From contig OX442314.1 of NCBI GenBank assembly GCA_949358305.1, positions 21,390,001-21,454,000 on the forward strand: a stretch of DNA of 64,000 bases, in the 5' to 3' direction. The stretch comes from Strigamia acuminata. Lineage: Eukaryota. A model generated the notes under the pieces. The model was not told the DNA's origin. It was given only the letters and a program-made list of their open reading frames with translations, and did not search any database. The position numbers were made by a program, and so were the translations under genes. Below, piece by piece: positions 11,806-23,801 of this stretch. How positions within the stretch are numbered: the first letter of the stretch is position 1; each line of letters begins with the position of its first letter.

Positions 11806-13118
11806 TCACATTTCTTCAGTTTCAACAACAACAGGCGCTTCATCATCATCTTCCCTATCAAAATCCCACTTGAATGTTTTCGTTAAATATTTTTTTAAAC
11901 CTTCTACCCTTTTCTACAATTTCGTGCGGTACTTGTTGGTTCCCGTTCAAATTGGAGAAGAAAGAATGCAATGTGTTGACGAGGAAGTTTTCACGACTGA
12001 CAATATCTACAAAGAAATCGCGAGGAATTTCCTGAAGTTGGTGATGAAGTACAAAAATGAATTTTGAATATAAATCTGCGTATTTCGTAAGAGCATTGTC
12101 GCACGAGCACAGCAAGTGGATTAAATGTTTCCATTCTTCAAATGCGTCGTACACCTGTCCTAAAATAAAACAAATAAAAGCCATTTGAAGTTCTCCGAGA
12201 ATGTCTTCAGGATCTGTATACGATTTGAGCATTTGATCTAAAGTATAGGTCAAATCTAAACTGTTTTGTGATTTCACAAAACATTTAAGTTACTTTTTTA
12301 AAATCAAAATTGTCTTTTTTTTCTTCTTACTTTTTTCAGGAAATTTGGAAAAACGAATTTCCGTTCCGGGTTTTTGACACATTTTCGGAAGAAAATCATC
12401 TAGTTTTGGTCTCTTATTTGTTCTTGTTGACGATTCACTCTCATCAGTTATTAAATGGGAAACTGACGAAATTTTTTTGTTTAATGGCTGCACCCGTTCT
12501 AAAACTGTGTCTAAGAGAATAAGTTTTGTATAAAATATTTTACAAAATACGAAATTTTTTTCCTTACCAGTCATGTAGTAGGTCTGGAAAATCCATTTTT
12601 TCCAGTTGTCGTATGGATAAGCGCCTAAATGTTTGTCAAGCTCCCTTAAATTCTCTTTAAGCCTGTCTATTTCTTCATCTGAAGTGACTTCATCTTTGAT
12701 ATCTATATTGAACGATACACAATTCAGGTTACAGACCAATTTAAACGTTAATTAAAATAACCTTCGAGATATTTATCCCATTTTGTAACAACTATTTCTC
12801 CTTTATTGAATTAATGAAAAAATCCAGTTCTGGGTGCCATTTGGTTGTCCCGACTAACTGCACTGAAATAAAGAAAATAAATTGTGGTCATTAGTCATTG
12901 CAAAATCCAAATCCAAATTTTTAACCTCGAAATTACCTGTAATATACAAAATGAATGCCCAGAGGAATCATCTTGACACCTTTGATATCGGTTTCCACAT
13001 TCTAAGTATTGTGATCTATTCCAAATTCAGTTTTTGGTGGTACATCTAAAAATATTAATGTCACACCTTCGCGAAATAAAGTCTTTGCAACATCAGGATC
13101 CATATCTTGTGAAGCCAT
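11806..13118 (-). pseudogene. AAR2: AAR2 (U5 snRNP assembly factor) homolog, intron-containing pseudogene
   Basis: Motifs EFGID..., KGVKMIPLGIHFVYYS, LDKHLGAYPYDNWKKW, LGELQMAFICF and DFFVDIVSRENFL. TAG replaces the conserved Trp at 13002-13004; acceptor lost/deletion near 12265-12285; frameshift at the T-run 11890-11896. Confidence 0.9.
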
Positions 13119-13981
13119 TGTCAATTTTACACAGGTACACGGGTTTTAGCAATGTCGCTCTCTCACTTATGATGTTTGGCCTTGGTCCAAGGTTTGGCAC
13201 GTGATTGGCACTCCTCTCCAATTCTTATCGCGTCACTCGGTCACTCACCCTACATTTAGCCAGTGACTTTGACCCATTTTTCACCCCTTTGTTTTTCAGT
13301 GAAGAAAACACAAAACTTAGGGGGCACAGAAAGGCTTGGGTGCATTGCACAACTCAAAAAACACATCAAACTCAAGTTGTGTGTTCTTACAAGGAATGAC
13401 ATTTACTTTTGTGGCTCAATCAGAGGAAAAAAATGTTTGAAATTAGCAAAAATGCAAGTGCAAAATGGAGAGGTCAGGGGCAAATTGAAAAATCGTCGGT
13501 GCAGACGACAATTAAATTAAATCAAATGAATAAAACCATGCAATATTTAGCCCAATTTAGTCTCAGGAGAGAGCATAATATTTTTCCTCGTTGTTTTATA
13601 ACCGTTTGTAGTAAATTATAGTTTACTAAATTTGAATTTCGAGCTCGTTTTTGAGCTTTTTATTCTGGCGATAGATGGCGACACGGTGAAATAGCTAATT
13701 CTAGTTTAATTAAAATAAAATAAAGTTTTTTGCGAGGAATTGCAAGAATTAGTAAGTCGGAGCACTTTGGATCGAAAACTTTAATGCATTTTGTGGCTAA
13801 ATGGAAGTCGATCCGTACTTAAAAAAAACATGTAATATTTATTCGCTCTGGTGCAGTTATTTTCTTCTGTATAACGGCAAATACAAACGGCAATAAATTA
13901 ATGTATAAGTTTTTGCAAGTAAAATAAGTCTTATTTCATCAAATAATCAGATTTTAACGAAGGTGATATTGTTTTGAAAAC

Positions 13982-14072
13982 AATAATTTGACGCGCTGTC
14001 TTTGAAATTGTTGGAAAACAATGTTTTTTCGCATGTTTTCCAACAATTTCAAAGATAGCGCGTCAAATTATT
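13982..14072. repeat. Hairpin with 39-bp inverted arms (1 mismatch) and 13-nt loop
   Basis: AATAATTTGACGCGCTGTCTTTGAAATTGTTGGAAAACA (13982-14020) against its reverse complement at 14034-14072. Confidence 0.9.
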
Positions 14073-14551
14073 CCGATGGGCGACTTCGCTGCGAAACACG
14101 TGGTCGCTAAGCAACGGAGCGATGGATAATTCTTCGCTAAATTTTAACAGTATTTTACCATTCTATTTTATATTGGTTTAAAAAAAGAAACCATGCATAA
14201 TTTATTGAGCATGAAATGAGATTCACTTTGGTGGTCAAAATGGAAGCAAATAAACTATCGGTGTTTTAATTCGTTTTTAATTTTTAATGCCAAACAGATT
14301 AGCGTAAAATGCTCCAATACATAAATATAAATCAAATAAAAATGACGTTTAGAAGTTTTTTTTTTGTTAGAAACCAATTTGGAAATTCTATTATAGGAAA
14401 TTATGCGGAATGGTGGGGGAAATGTTTGCACCTGTGTGAATCTAATAAAATCACAGAAATTTATGACTCCTAGGACGAATATTCTTCAAAAAAATTAATA
14501 TGAAACATGAAACTTTGACAATTCAATTTGTGGCGCAAGTCGGAGAGTTTA

Positions 14552-14553
<2 letters not shown>

Positions 14554-14609
<56 letters not shown>

Positions 14610-14622
14610 GTGTGTGTGTGTG
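14554..14622. repeat. (GT)n microsatellite
   Basis: Near-perfect GT run. Confidence 0.95.
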
Positions 14623-16481
14623 ACCTGTGTGAAGAGGGGCCGGAAGTGTCTTTACCCTTGAGAGGTGTGATATAAATGGCAGCAGGTGTTCCTCCTCCAA
14701 TATTCAGTAAAGAGACACCAGTCTCCTTTAGGCAAAGTCAACCCGACAGGTGTTTGAAGGGAAATGCAAGAAAAATAAATGGAAAATATAAAAGAAAGAG
14801 AGAAAGAAAGAAAGATACGACGTTCCTCGCTTTACTTGGGGCACATAACCATGAAATTAGCTTTTTTCCTGTGGCATAAAGGTGATGAGACAAATTATAA
14901 AAAGATTTTTTTTTTCTTAAAAGTTTAATTCCACATTACCGGTATGTTTGATAAATGATTTTTTGGTTAAATGCACTGCCATGAATATGTCATGATGTTT
15001 GATTCCAAGGCTTCTCACTTCCTCATAATAACCCAGGCCTTGATGTGACCTGATAAAGAGGTCTTCATTCAGCTGATTTACACCTGTTTCATTTGTTGTT
15101 TTATTTTCATTTTATGGAAGTTGTTGAAAAAGTTTTTGGTGGTAAACTTTATCAAGTTTCTGTTTCAAACATGCATTTCGTGGGATTTAAATTAATTAAA
15201 TTTAATTTAATTTTAATTTAATTTAATTTTAATTTTCTGGAAATATTTTTTTCTTTTAAAATTTGAATTTTGAATAGAAATCAAAAAAGTCACTAATTCA
15301 AGAGACAATATAATAATTTTGTTTTCCAAAACTGGAATAATTGACAAGTCTAAATGACTCGGTAATTGAATTTTCCCTCAAATTTTCCGTCGAATTTTTC
15401 ACTCGCCTTGACCTGCGCGCTCACGTGCGCGCTTGACCTGCACCCACCTGCGCCCCTCGCTTTTAATTTAATTTTTTAACTTTGGTTATTGTTAAGTTAT
15501 GTTAATGTAATGTTGAGTTCATTGTTGAAGAACGTGTTATTGCTATATCATACTGTTACATTGTTGTAAAAGCGTTACCATGACAATTTTGTATTACTCC
15601 TCACTTGCTTGTATTTTACCCACGAGTAAAGACGTGTGTTTTGTTTTCCACTTTAAAAACCTCTCCTTTATTTCAACGTGATGCCCCAGCATAACAGTTA
15701 TTAAAATTTAGCAATATCTTTGGTTTATTTTTTGTATTTTTAATATTGTTTACTATTGGCTGGAATTAGGTTTTGCTTTCGTGTTAATTTCTGAATTTTG
15801 GAGTGTTTTATTACATAACTTGATCAAAACTGCCGGTAAATTTCATATTTATTATTCAGTTTTAAAGATAATGATGTGATGATAATATGCATCTTTCCAA
15901 GTCCCATCGAATCCCCTCCGAATCCCATCCGAATCCCCAGAATCTATCCGAATCCTACGAATCCCATCCGTATAAAAAAAACAAAAACAAGTATTATCCT
16001 GTAATATTCACAGCATCGTATCACAACGTTTATTAGCAATATCAAAAAGAAAAAACAACACATTATATTTTTGATATTGTCGATCTAAACAAACTTAGTT
16101 TATTTAGCAGCTATAGAACATTTTTAATTTTATTATTAGTGGTGCTCTTTATTTATTTAGAAAAATGTAAATGTCAATGGAAAAAAAATATTTTTGTACA
16201 TTATTTTGTAAATTACATCTGCCTTGTGGCAGCACTGTTTTTAGAATATTTTACAGTAGTTTAATTTTATAATAATGAGAAATAAAAGCATTTTCACACG
16301 AATTTAATCGAATCCGATGTTTTTTCATTTGTCGAAAGAAAAAGTAGAAAAATAGGTTTGATTCTGCTTGTTTGCGACTCCAATGATGAAATTAAAGTTT
16401 GAAATTAATTTACACAGTTTTTATTTATTTGTTTGTTTATTAAAAAAAAAAATTGAATTGAAAATAAAGATTTTTGTCCGC

Positions 16482-16667
16482 TTATTGGTACTCTACCCTG
16501 AATCCCGATATAAAAGATAATCCAGTAGGCACGTTCTTCTGATATTTCACGTAATCTTGACCAAAAAAATTTAAAAGAATGAATTCTTCTTCGTGTATCC
16601 GCTCGTTAAAGAAATTCCATGATGCGATAGTGTAACCGATTAAACAGATCGGATTGCACAATACAAT
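16482..16667 (-). pseudogene. ICMT: Isolated last exon of isoprenylcysteine carboxyl methyltransferase
   Basis: After a CAG acceptor: IVLCNPICLIGY..WNFFNERIHEEEFILLNFFGQDYVKYQKNVPTGLSFISG, the ICMT C-terminus. Upstream exons are cut off by the right transposon arm. Confidence 0.85.
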
Positions 16668-17713
16668 CTGCAATTAGAAATAAACTTTTAGTGAGTAAAT
16701 GCTATAAAGAAGGCTGCAAAAGTAGATTATTTGCTTCTAAAAAATGCTTATTCAAGAAACACAATTCCAGCAATTTCCATTAAAAAATATAGTGTTGGAT
16801 TGAACAATACACATTACTCCTGTCATGTATGCAATACGTGTCATCGTCACGTATTGTATACTGACATCGTCAGTTATATAATGCGTGACATTATTTGGGG
16901 TATATAAACCCCCAACCATTGGTGAAGTCGAAAAATGTCCGGTCGAAAAAAATCCTGGTCGAGATGAATCCTGGTCGAAAATTTTCCTGGTCGAAAATTA
17001 TCCTGTTTGAGTCGAAAAAATTCCTAGTCGAAAATTTTCCTGGTCGAAAATTTTCCTGGTCGAAAATAATCCCAGTCGAAAAAAAGCGCACTTTACCTCG
17101 AGTCGAAAAGAATCCCGGTCGCAAAGAATCCGGGTCGAAAATATTCCTCCTCGCCAAGGATCGCGCTCAAGACGAGGCGAGAAGCAGACGTTATCATAAC
17201 GAATCCACAGCAGTAACGGATCTTTCACTAACAGACTTAGACTTAACAGACATTGTGCAACCAGTCGACTCAACCATCTGTGATCAATTTGCCCGTCGAA
17301 ATTACAATGAAGCAAAAAGCTTCACAACTGAAAACAAGAAATAGCAACAAGTTTGTGAAATTTTAACATTTCGAAAAGTTTTTGTAATTAGAAATACAAA
17401 ATTATTATTGTATTTTATTTTTTCTTGAAATAATTTCAAGCTTGTTTGTTAATTGATAAATTTTATTTTTGTCTTATTGAATTTGTGTTTGTTTTTTCAA
17501 TTTTTCATGATGCTTAACACACACGGTAAACATGCTGCCATCTAGTGTCAAATGTCTAAACCACTGAATGATAAATGCAAGCACTCCACGTTGGCTGCCG
17601 CAAAATGGAGTCCAGGACAATCGAGCGATCAAACTAAGGAATCTCGCGAGTTAATCTCTAAGTTTAAATCTAAGGCATTCGGAACTGATTTGTCGTCAAG
17701 AAATCGCAAGAAA

Positions 17714-19237
17714 ATGTTAATCACATACTGCCTTTCGGTTTGCACTGGCATGTTATTGCTGCCAGAAGTGGGTAAGTACACAACGGGAATAAAAGGTGTG
17801 GTCTCAAGCGCGTTCTACAGTAACCATAAAATGTCAACAACCGAAAAAAAAAAAAATCAACATCCAACACTCTGAATTAAAATTAGTTAGTCATTAAATC
17901 TAATTTTAAAATTTAAAAAAAGAAGTTTTTTTTAATACCGGTAAAAGAAAATACTTTGGTTCAAAATGCCTATGGAAAAAGTAAAAGCACCCTACCGGTA
18001 GTTCTCATTTTCTGCTACCAAGAGATTTTTCATACACACATGAGTTTATTGTTAGGACAAGTAAGGACAGTTGATTACAAAGTTCTGGCAGTTAAACGTG
18101 TTTTTTGTTTAAATGTCGTGCGCAAGCCCCCTGCGACTAAAACAGACTAAATTGACCGTCAGTTTTCAAGTTAGATCGAGATCGAGACAAGCAGTTTAAA
18201 TAATGTTAGGAGATTACAGAAGCGACAATGGTCTCACCGAGCACCGCAGGAAAGCCTCACGTTGAACAAACGTGCAGTATGAGATCACGCGGGATCAGGG
18301 GGATCCAATCAGCGATAAGTGTTATAATCTTGTAATATTTAAATTCTTGTTTCAATGAAATAAAATCACTTGTAACATTTCAACATCGTCTTAAATTTAT
18401 TTCCTAACAGTTTAAAATGCTGTTTAGTATAATTAATTTTTGAATGCGCGAACTGCTCATATCTTAAACAACAAATATTGACCAAAACAACAAATTGAGA
18501 AAACAAATTAAATTACCCGTTGAAATCAATCAATAAATTTATTACTCGTATTATTTATTATTATTATTCATTCTTTATCTTTAAAAAAAAGTCCAGATTC
18601 TCCGTATTTTTTCCAAAGAATAATAATCTTTTTTTACACAGATGCCGACGACGATTTTCACGAAACCGCGAAGAAACACATGATCATATTTATTTCTGTC
18701 GGCGTGGCAATATTCGTATTGTACGTATGCTGTACTTTTGGAATGATTTTCTTCTGCCGACGTCGAGCAGGAGGCGGTGGTCAACCAATGATGTGGGGAA
18801 GAGGCCGCCATAACCGCCATAATCGCTACGACCCTGTAGCCATGTCCGTTTTGAGCCAAGCGGCTATGCAACAACAACAAGGTGTACATCCAATGCAACC
18901 GCCCTACGCAGCAAACTACAGCAATGTGCCTATGTATCCACCTTACCAACAGCAACAACAACCCTACGGTTATCAAGGTGTGACTCTTCAACAACCGCCT
19001 GCATATCCTCAATACCAACAACAACAACAACCACCAACAACACCGACAACACAGCCACCTATTAACACTAACAGTGAATTTTCCAAGTCTTCTTACCCAC
19101 CACCAGACCCAACAGCAACAGCAGCAGGACAGATCGCTCCCACTGCTCCATACGCCACCACAGACGATACGCCGCCATTTCCCGTTTATCCAGCACAAAC
19201 TACTCAGTCTGCATCATCGGAGAAAAAATATTCGTGA
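17714..19237 (+). CDS. Type I TM protein (exons 17714-17771, 18642-19237) with Q/P/Y-rich tail, PPAY and PTAP
   Basis: Signal peptide MLITYCLSVCTGMLLLPEV|DA across an in-frame phase-1 intron. TM IIFISVGVAIFVLYVCCTFGMIFF then CRRR; tail has QPPAY and APTAPY. Confidence 0.85.
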
Positions 19238-20322
19238 ATTCGTACTCTTTTGAAGACGACTCTTTTTGCCCGGTGTCTTGATGCCGAATTCCATTTTTTG
19301 CTAATCATGATCCCATACCTGTTATTAATTCTAAAAATCATGCATTGGTTGCATTTATATTTGCTCAGGCAGGAGTTTTTCAGTTTGACTTTGGCATCAA
19401 GATACGGGGTCTGTAGACTTGTATGGAGACCTTATACAAAAAACAACTTATTTGTCAGCCAGTCGTTGTGCCTTTTTGTATATTTATACATGGTGCTAAG
19501 AAAATTTACTAATTTTACAAACATCAATATTTTTTTCCGAAAAGGTTTGGCGTCTGATATTATATAGGCATTTTTAAATTTTTCCGTATTTGTACATCAA
19601 AACTCAGATTTAATCATTACACATAAGAAAATGAGTCTAAATATGCCATTTCATATGTTTGTGGTATGTTGTATTTGTTTTGTGTATTGAGAAAAAAAGT
19701 TTAATGCTTGTAAATTAAAACAAAAATTAATTGTATAAATTTTTAAAAAATTAAAAACTAAGTTGTTGGAAGCCATTTGCTACAAATTAAAAGTTCCGCT
19801 GAGATTAAAGAAGACAATTGTGTTATTAGCTGTATTGTACGTGTACACGTGTGATCTGATTGGTCAGTGATTACTGACCAGTAATATATACAGTATGTAA
19901 CTGTCTAACTTTTAATAAACCACTTGTTAGTGGACCATTGATCTAACCTGTCATTCACTTTATATTCATTCCTAATAATACAACTATAATGTCAATTGGT
20001 AATGATCACCTGACCATTTTGGTATTTATCAGAACACAACCATTTCCCAGAATGCTCTTTGATAGATCAGAATTGCAAAAGGATGACATTTAACAATATT
20101 AGCCTCGTTCTTTCAATGACAACTGGACATTATCAGTTCAGCTTTCTGATATGATAAATTTCTTTCTTTTATTTGTGTAGGATTGAACTTTCAATTATAA
20201 ACATCGCAAAATTTCCTATTCCATCCCACAAAGGTAAGAAGTGAAATGTATTTATAGTTTGCCCTCTAACCTTAAAAAACTTGTTATCATAACACATGAT
20301 ATTTTACATTTCCGTTGTAGTC

Positions 20323-20652
20323 ATGCCGGTTGCAGTTGTATTGTTCATTGGAATGATTCTAGTGAGTATTTATGGAGCCTGCTGTTATTGGAACATCAAC
20401 AGGCAATCGCGTATGGGTACTGTAGGACGTCTTTATGTGCCACCAAATGCGTATGTCAACCCTATCCGAGTTTCAAACTGCCAGACTACATCGATTTCAC
20501 CATCCCCGTCGCTCTCATCTCTACCAGAATACGAAGCGTTGTTTGGTAAATCTCCGAACACACCGGCTCAAATACCAACAACCAATTCGACCAGTGACAT
20601 TCATAGTTCATCTCCACCACCGTGTTATAAACATTTGCAACAAATTGTGTAA
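20323..20652 (+). CDS. Single-TM PY microprotein
   Basis: After acceptor tgtag(20320): MPVAVVLFIGMILVSIYGACCYW ... LPEYEALF ... PPPCYKHL. Alternative start at 20296. Confidence 0.8.
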   Translation: MPVAVVLFIGMILVSIYGACCYWNINRQSRMGTVGRLYVPPNAYVNPIRVSNCQTTSISPSPSLSSLPEYEALFGKSPNTPAQIPTTNSTSDIHSSSPPPCYKHLQQIV

Positions 20653-21007
20653 ATATATTTCGTGCAAATACGTTTGAAAATATGTATAAAGAGGTATAAA
20701 ATTTGACGATTTTTATCTACGTCATCACCAATTCACCAATCTTTCACATCTATCACTGATCGAGTCATGATACATGTATTTTATTTAATCTCTCTTTAGA
20801 CAATCTTTAAACATTAGATTTTGCTTGTGCATCTGCAGGACACTTCACAGACGCTTTCACGCGTGTTTTAATAACATATACCAGAGGTAAGAACCAAGAT
20901 TTTGTTAACTAAAGTCTAGTGATACTGCAAAACTCAATTCTGTTTGTAATTCACGACATGTGCTGCCTATTTTAATTTTAGTTTAATTGTAATTTAATTG
21001 CAGCGCT

Positions 21008-21244
21008 ATGTTGGTCATGGTTGTTCCATTGTTGGCAGTGCTGCTTGGGATGAGTTTCTTTACCTGTGCATTCATCACTCATTTTACTGACGACACTACC
21101 GTGCCTCTAATCGTTTTGCCACCATGTGACGAACTATTAATACTACCTACTTACCAAACGCAATCAATTGCCGTACGAAGTAGTGACAACTTAAGTAAAT
21201 ATTCATCAGTGCAGTCGTACGAAACATTTACCTCGACTGTGTAA
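21008..21244 (+). CDS. Single-TM microprotein with LPxY motif
   Basis: MLVMVVPLLAVLLGMSFFTCAFI ... LPTYQ ... SYETF; preceded by acceptor tgcag. Confidence 0.65.
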   Translation: MLVMVVPLLAVLLGMSFFTCAFITHFTDDTTVPLIVLPPCDELLILPTYQTQSIAVRSSDNLSKYSSVQSYETFTSTV

Positions 21245-21691
21245 ATTATGAAGAATTGTGTCCACCGTATTTTTGTGTTCATTCGCTCATTCGCTCATTC
21301 TGTTTTCAAGTACAACAAAATATGATTAAAATACTGTAAAATCAAAGTAAAATCCCTCCTGTTTAATTAATCACCTGCGTAAGAGATGTTATGACGATCA
21401 ATAACGGAAGCAGAATTATCGTAATTTTTGTTGCCACCGTCAACATGCACAATATTAATAAATCGTAACCTAGGCAATAAGTGCCTCCGTAACAAACAAC
21501 ACTACAACAATATTGTAGCTATCACTACGAATAAGCCTAAAACAGAAACAACGACTTGAAAATGAGTTTGATGCCAGTAAAAGGAAAAACAAGGACAATT
21601 AAAAGACTTGTACTGTACAAAAGTAAATACTCAAAAATACGACGAAATTATTATTAAATTTTCAATATTACATTATTCTACAGCTTTCATA

Positions 21692-21862
21692 ATGGGCGAT
21701 TTGCAATGGGCCATACCGCTTCTCGCCCTCTTTTCAGTTTTCACTGTAATTATATTTATCATTTTCATATCTACACATTTCATAATTTTTTGCCGAGAAA
21801 TGTTATCAAGAAGCATTTCAAGGGCAAACCGACAAGACGACACTGAAAACTACAACATTTAG
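21692..21862 (+). CDS. Short single-TM peptide, no PY motif (possibly a truncated family member)
   Basis: MGDLQWAIPLLALFSVFTVIIFIIFISTHFIIFCR after acceptor ctacag. Confidence 0.5.
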   Translation: MGDLQWAIPLLALFSVFTVIIFIIFISTHFIIFCREMLSRSISRANRQDDTENYNI

Positions 21863-22149
21863 TCAGCTGAAAACAACTTGGCCGAACCAAACTGGCTCAA
21901 GAACAATATCGGCTTTTGTAATTTGCGGTACGACTGTTTATCTGGGTAGTTTTATCAATCCAGATATATTGTATAGCACTAAATGATTGTATATTAAAGC
22001 ACTCGAGTTGTGTGAGCCTCGATCCAGTCTAGCACTTTGGTAATATGAAACTTGAAACGTGAAAAAAGGATGAGAATTCAGTTGACTTTTCTTTTGAGAT
22101 CGATTTTCTTTTCTTTTTTCTAATCACTTACTAGAACACAAAAGGAAAA

Positions 22150-22452
22150 ATGGATAGTATACATTTCCAGGAAGAAATAATCGTCCTTTCTTTCATGGTG
22201 GTTTTGGGTCTGCTAACATTCATGTGTACGTGTTTTATCTGTTGCAAATGGCGATTTGAAATGAGGCAATACGGTGGGCCTAATTCGCTAACGTCGTCAT
22301 CGATCGCAGTTCAATCGGGTGTACCTCGTTATCAAGCTGTAAGTGGAACTAACCAGTCAGGTGAACGAATACCACCTCCACCTGAGTACGAAAGTTTGTT
22401 TCCTCAAGGATTTGTTTTCAAAACAGAGTTCGAGGCGAGCTCAAAATGTTGA
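22150..22452 (+). CDS. Single-TM PY microprotein
   Basis: TM IIVLSFMVVLGLLTFM, then CTCFICCKWR and PPPPEYESLFP. Confidence 0.85.
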   Translation: MDSIHFQEEIIVLSFMVVLGLLTFMCTCFICCKWRFEMRQYGGPNSLTSSSIAVQSGVPRYQAVSGTNQSGERIPPPPEYESLFPQGFVFKTEFEASSKC

Positions 22453-22866
22453 AAATTAAAAATGGCTCATTTTTTTTTATATGGTTTATTTTTGGTTTGT
22501 TGTTAAATAAAAACTGCGGAAATATCGTGCATTCCTACCATTTGTAGCAGCTAGAAGAGTTTATATTCAAATAATTATAAAATTAAAAGCGTTTTCGAGG
22601 TTATTTTTTTTTATTTAAAATAAATAAAAAAAATTAAATGAAAAAGAGGGCAGCAAGCCAACAAACCCTCACTAGAGAGATCTAAAAAATAACTTAATCG
22701 AAATAATCTACTCTATTTACAGTTTATTCACTCAAAAAACCGTTTCAAAAGAATCTAAAGATAATATTAAAAAAAGTAAATAAAAATTCAGAAAATTTTG
22801 TGAGGCAAAAAAAGAAGATCCAAAGACCCTAGCCTCCCTGAAAACTGGCCGAAAGCACACACAGTA

Positions 22867-23163
22867 ATGGAACAACAACAGCTCAAGAACATCTTTGCTG
22901 CCATCTTCTTTTCAATGATGGGTACGATCGTTTTCTTCTTATTTTGCCTCTTTGGATACGTGTGCTGGAGAAACAAGAGACTGAAACGACGAAAAACTAC
23001 ATCTTTCAACGAAAGTTTGCCAACTTACGAACAATTATACGGAACCATGTCCACTCCAAGAGTTGTTACCGTTCTGGGCGCCATTCCAGCCGACTATTTC
23101 AATAGCCAACCGCCACCGTGTTACAACCAACTACGAACAATCAGTGCTAGTCAACTGAAATGA
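22867..23163 (+). CDS. Single-TM PY microprotein
   Basis: TM followed by CWRNKRLKRRK; LPTYEQLY and PPPCYNQL. Confidence 0.85.
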   Translation: MEQQQLKNIFAAIFFSMMGTIVFFLFCLFGYVCWRNKRLKRRKTTSFNESLPTYEQLYGTMSTPRVVTVLGAIPADYFNSQPPPCYNQLRTISASQLK

Positions 23164-23618
23164 AGCCAGATTCGGTTCAAGTCAACGAAGAAAGACAACG
23201 AATGATTGATGTGAGCTCATAATTGATTATTGAATGTAAAAAAAAATTAATTATAATTATTTTATATGTAAAAATTCTTTCATTTTTATTTTTATAATTT
23301 CTATTCACTTTAAACGAGTCATAATTATTGCTTGAAATTTATATGTAAATAAAGTGTCATGTTTTATTTTAGTCACACACGTCAATTTTAATAAATTTAA
23401 ATATATATATATATACACGTTGAAAAAGGAAAAAAATAAACTGATCTATTGTTTTGTTCACGCACATTTCATATCATCACCAATCAAAGTACAGGCCCTT
23501 AAACTTTTATCAACATTTTTCAAATTTGATATGATATTCAACTGTGGTTGAGTTATCAGATGACACTCACTTTCCACTCCTTTTACAGCTGACAAAAGAA
23601 GTGCCACACAAGACAACA

Positions 23619-23801
23619 ATGAGTATTGTACTCATCATTGCAACAACAGTTGCCGTGCTTTTGTTCGGATCAATGAGCGCATTCGCCTGTCTGCTGTTCG
23701 CACAATGGCAAGAGTTTGGCAATCAAATCGAAAATGCGGTGCGAGATGCATTGGAAATGGACTTTGGCGAAGAACTTCTCGCTGGAGATAATGAACGTTA
23801 G
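23619..23801 (+). CDS. Short single-TM peptide with acidic tail, no PY motif
   Basis: MSIVLIIATTVAVLLFGSMSAFACLLF after acceptor ttacag. Confidence 0.55.
   Translation: MSIVLIIATTVAVLLFGSMSAFACLLFAQWQEFGNQIENAVRDALEMDFGEELLAGDNER

Larger units (their letters stand above)
10224..17155. mobile_element. Non-autonomous Pack-type TIR DNA transposon carrying host gene fragments
   Basis: TSD AAGGATCG at 10216-10223 and 17156-17163. Termini GGCAGGGTAGAATATTTTCGAC vs revcomp GGCGAGGAGGAATATTTTCGAC (18/22 identical). Subterminal arrays of ~20-bp (T/G)CGACC(A/G)GGATT repeats in inverted orientation (10224-~10480, ~16926-17155). No transposase ORF seen. Confidence 0.88.
10018..17344 (+). pseudogene. 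TM microprotein gene split by a 6.9-kb transposon (5' part 10018-10223, 3' part 17164-17344)
   Basis: Excising 10224-17163 gives an in-frame join ...IIVIICCCQRTSVKDR|AQDEARSRRYHNESTAV...ENKK*. Confidence 0.85.

Noticed and set aside
11806..13118. Functional AAR2 gene
   Set aside because: In-frame stop, lost acceptor and frameshifts; it lies within transposon cargo.
14470..14700. His/Thr-repeat ORF
   Set aside because: Translation of a (CA)n microsatellite.
18581..19198. 205-aa Cys/Trp/Leu-rich antisense ORF
   Set aside because: Shadow of the Q/P-rich sense exon.
7892..19237. Assigning SHISA, WBP1 or VOPP1 gene symbols to the longer members
   Set aside because: The diagnostic Cys-rich ectodomain is absent; the similarity is architectural only.
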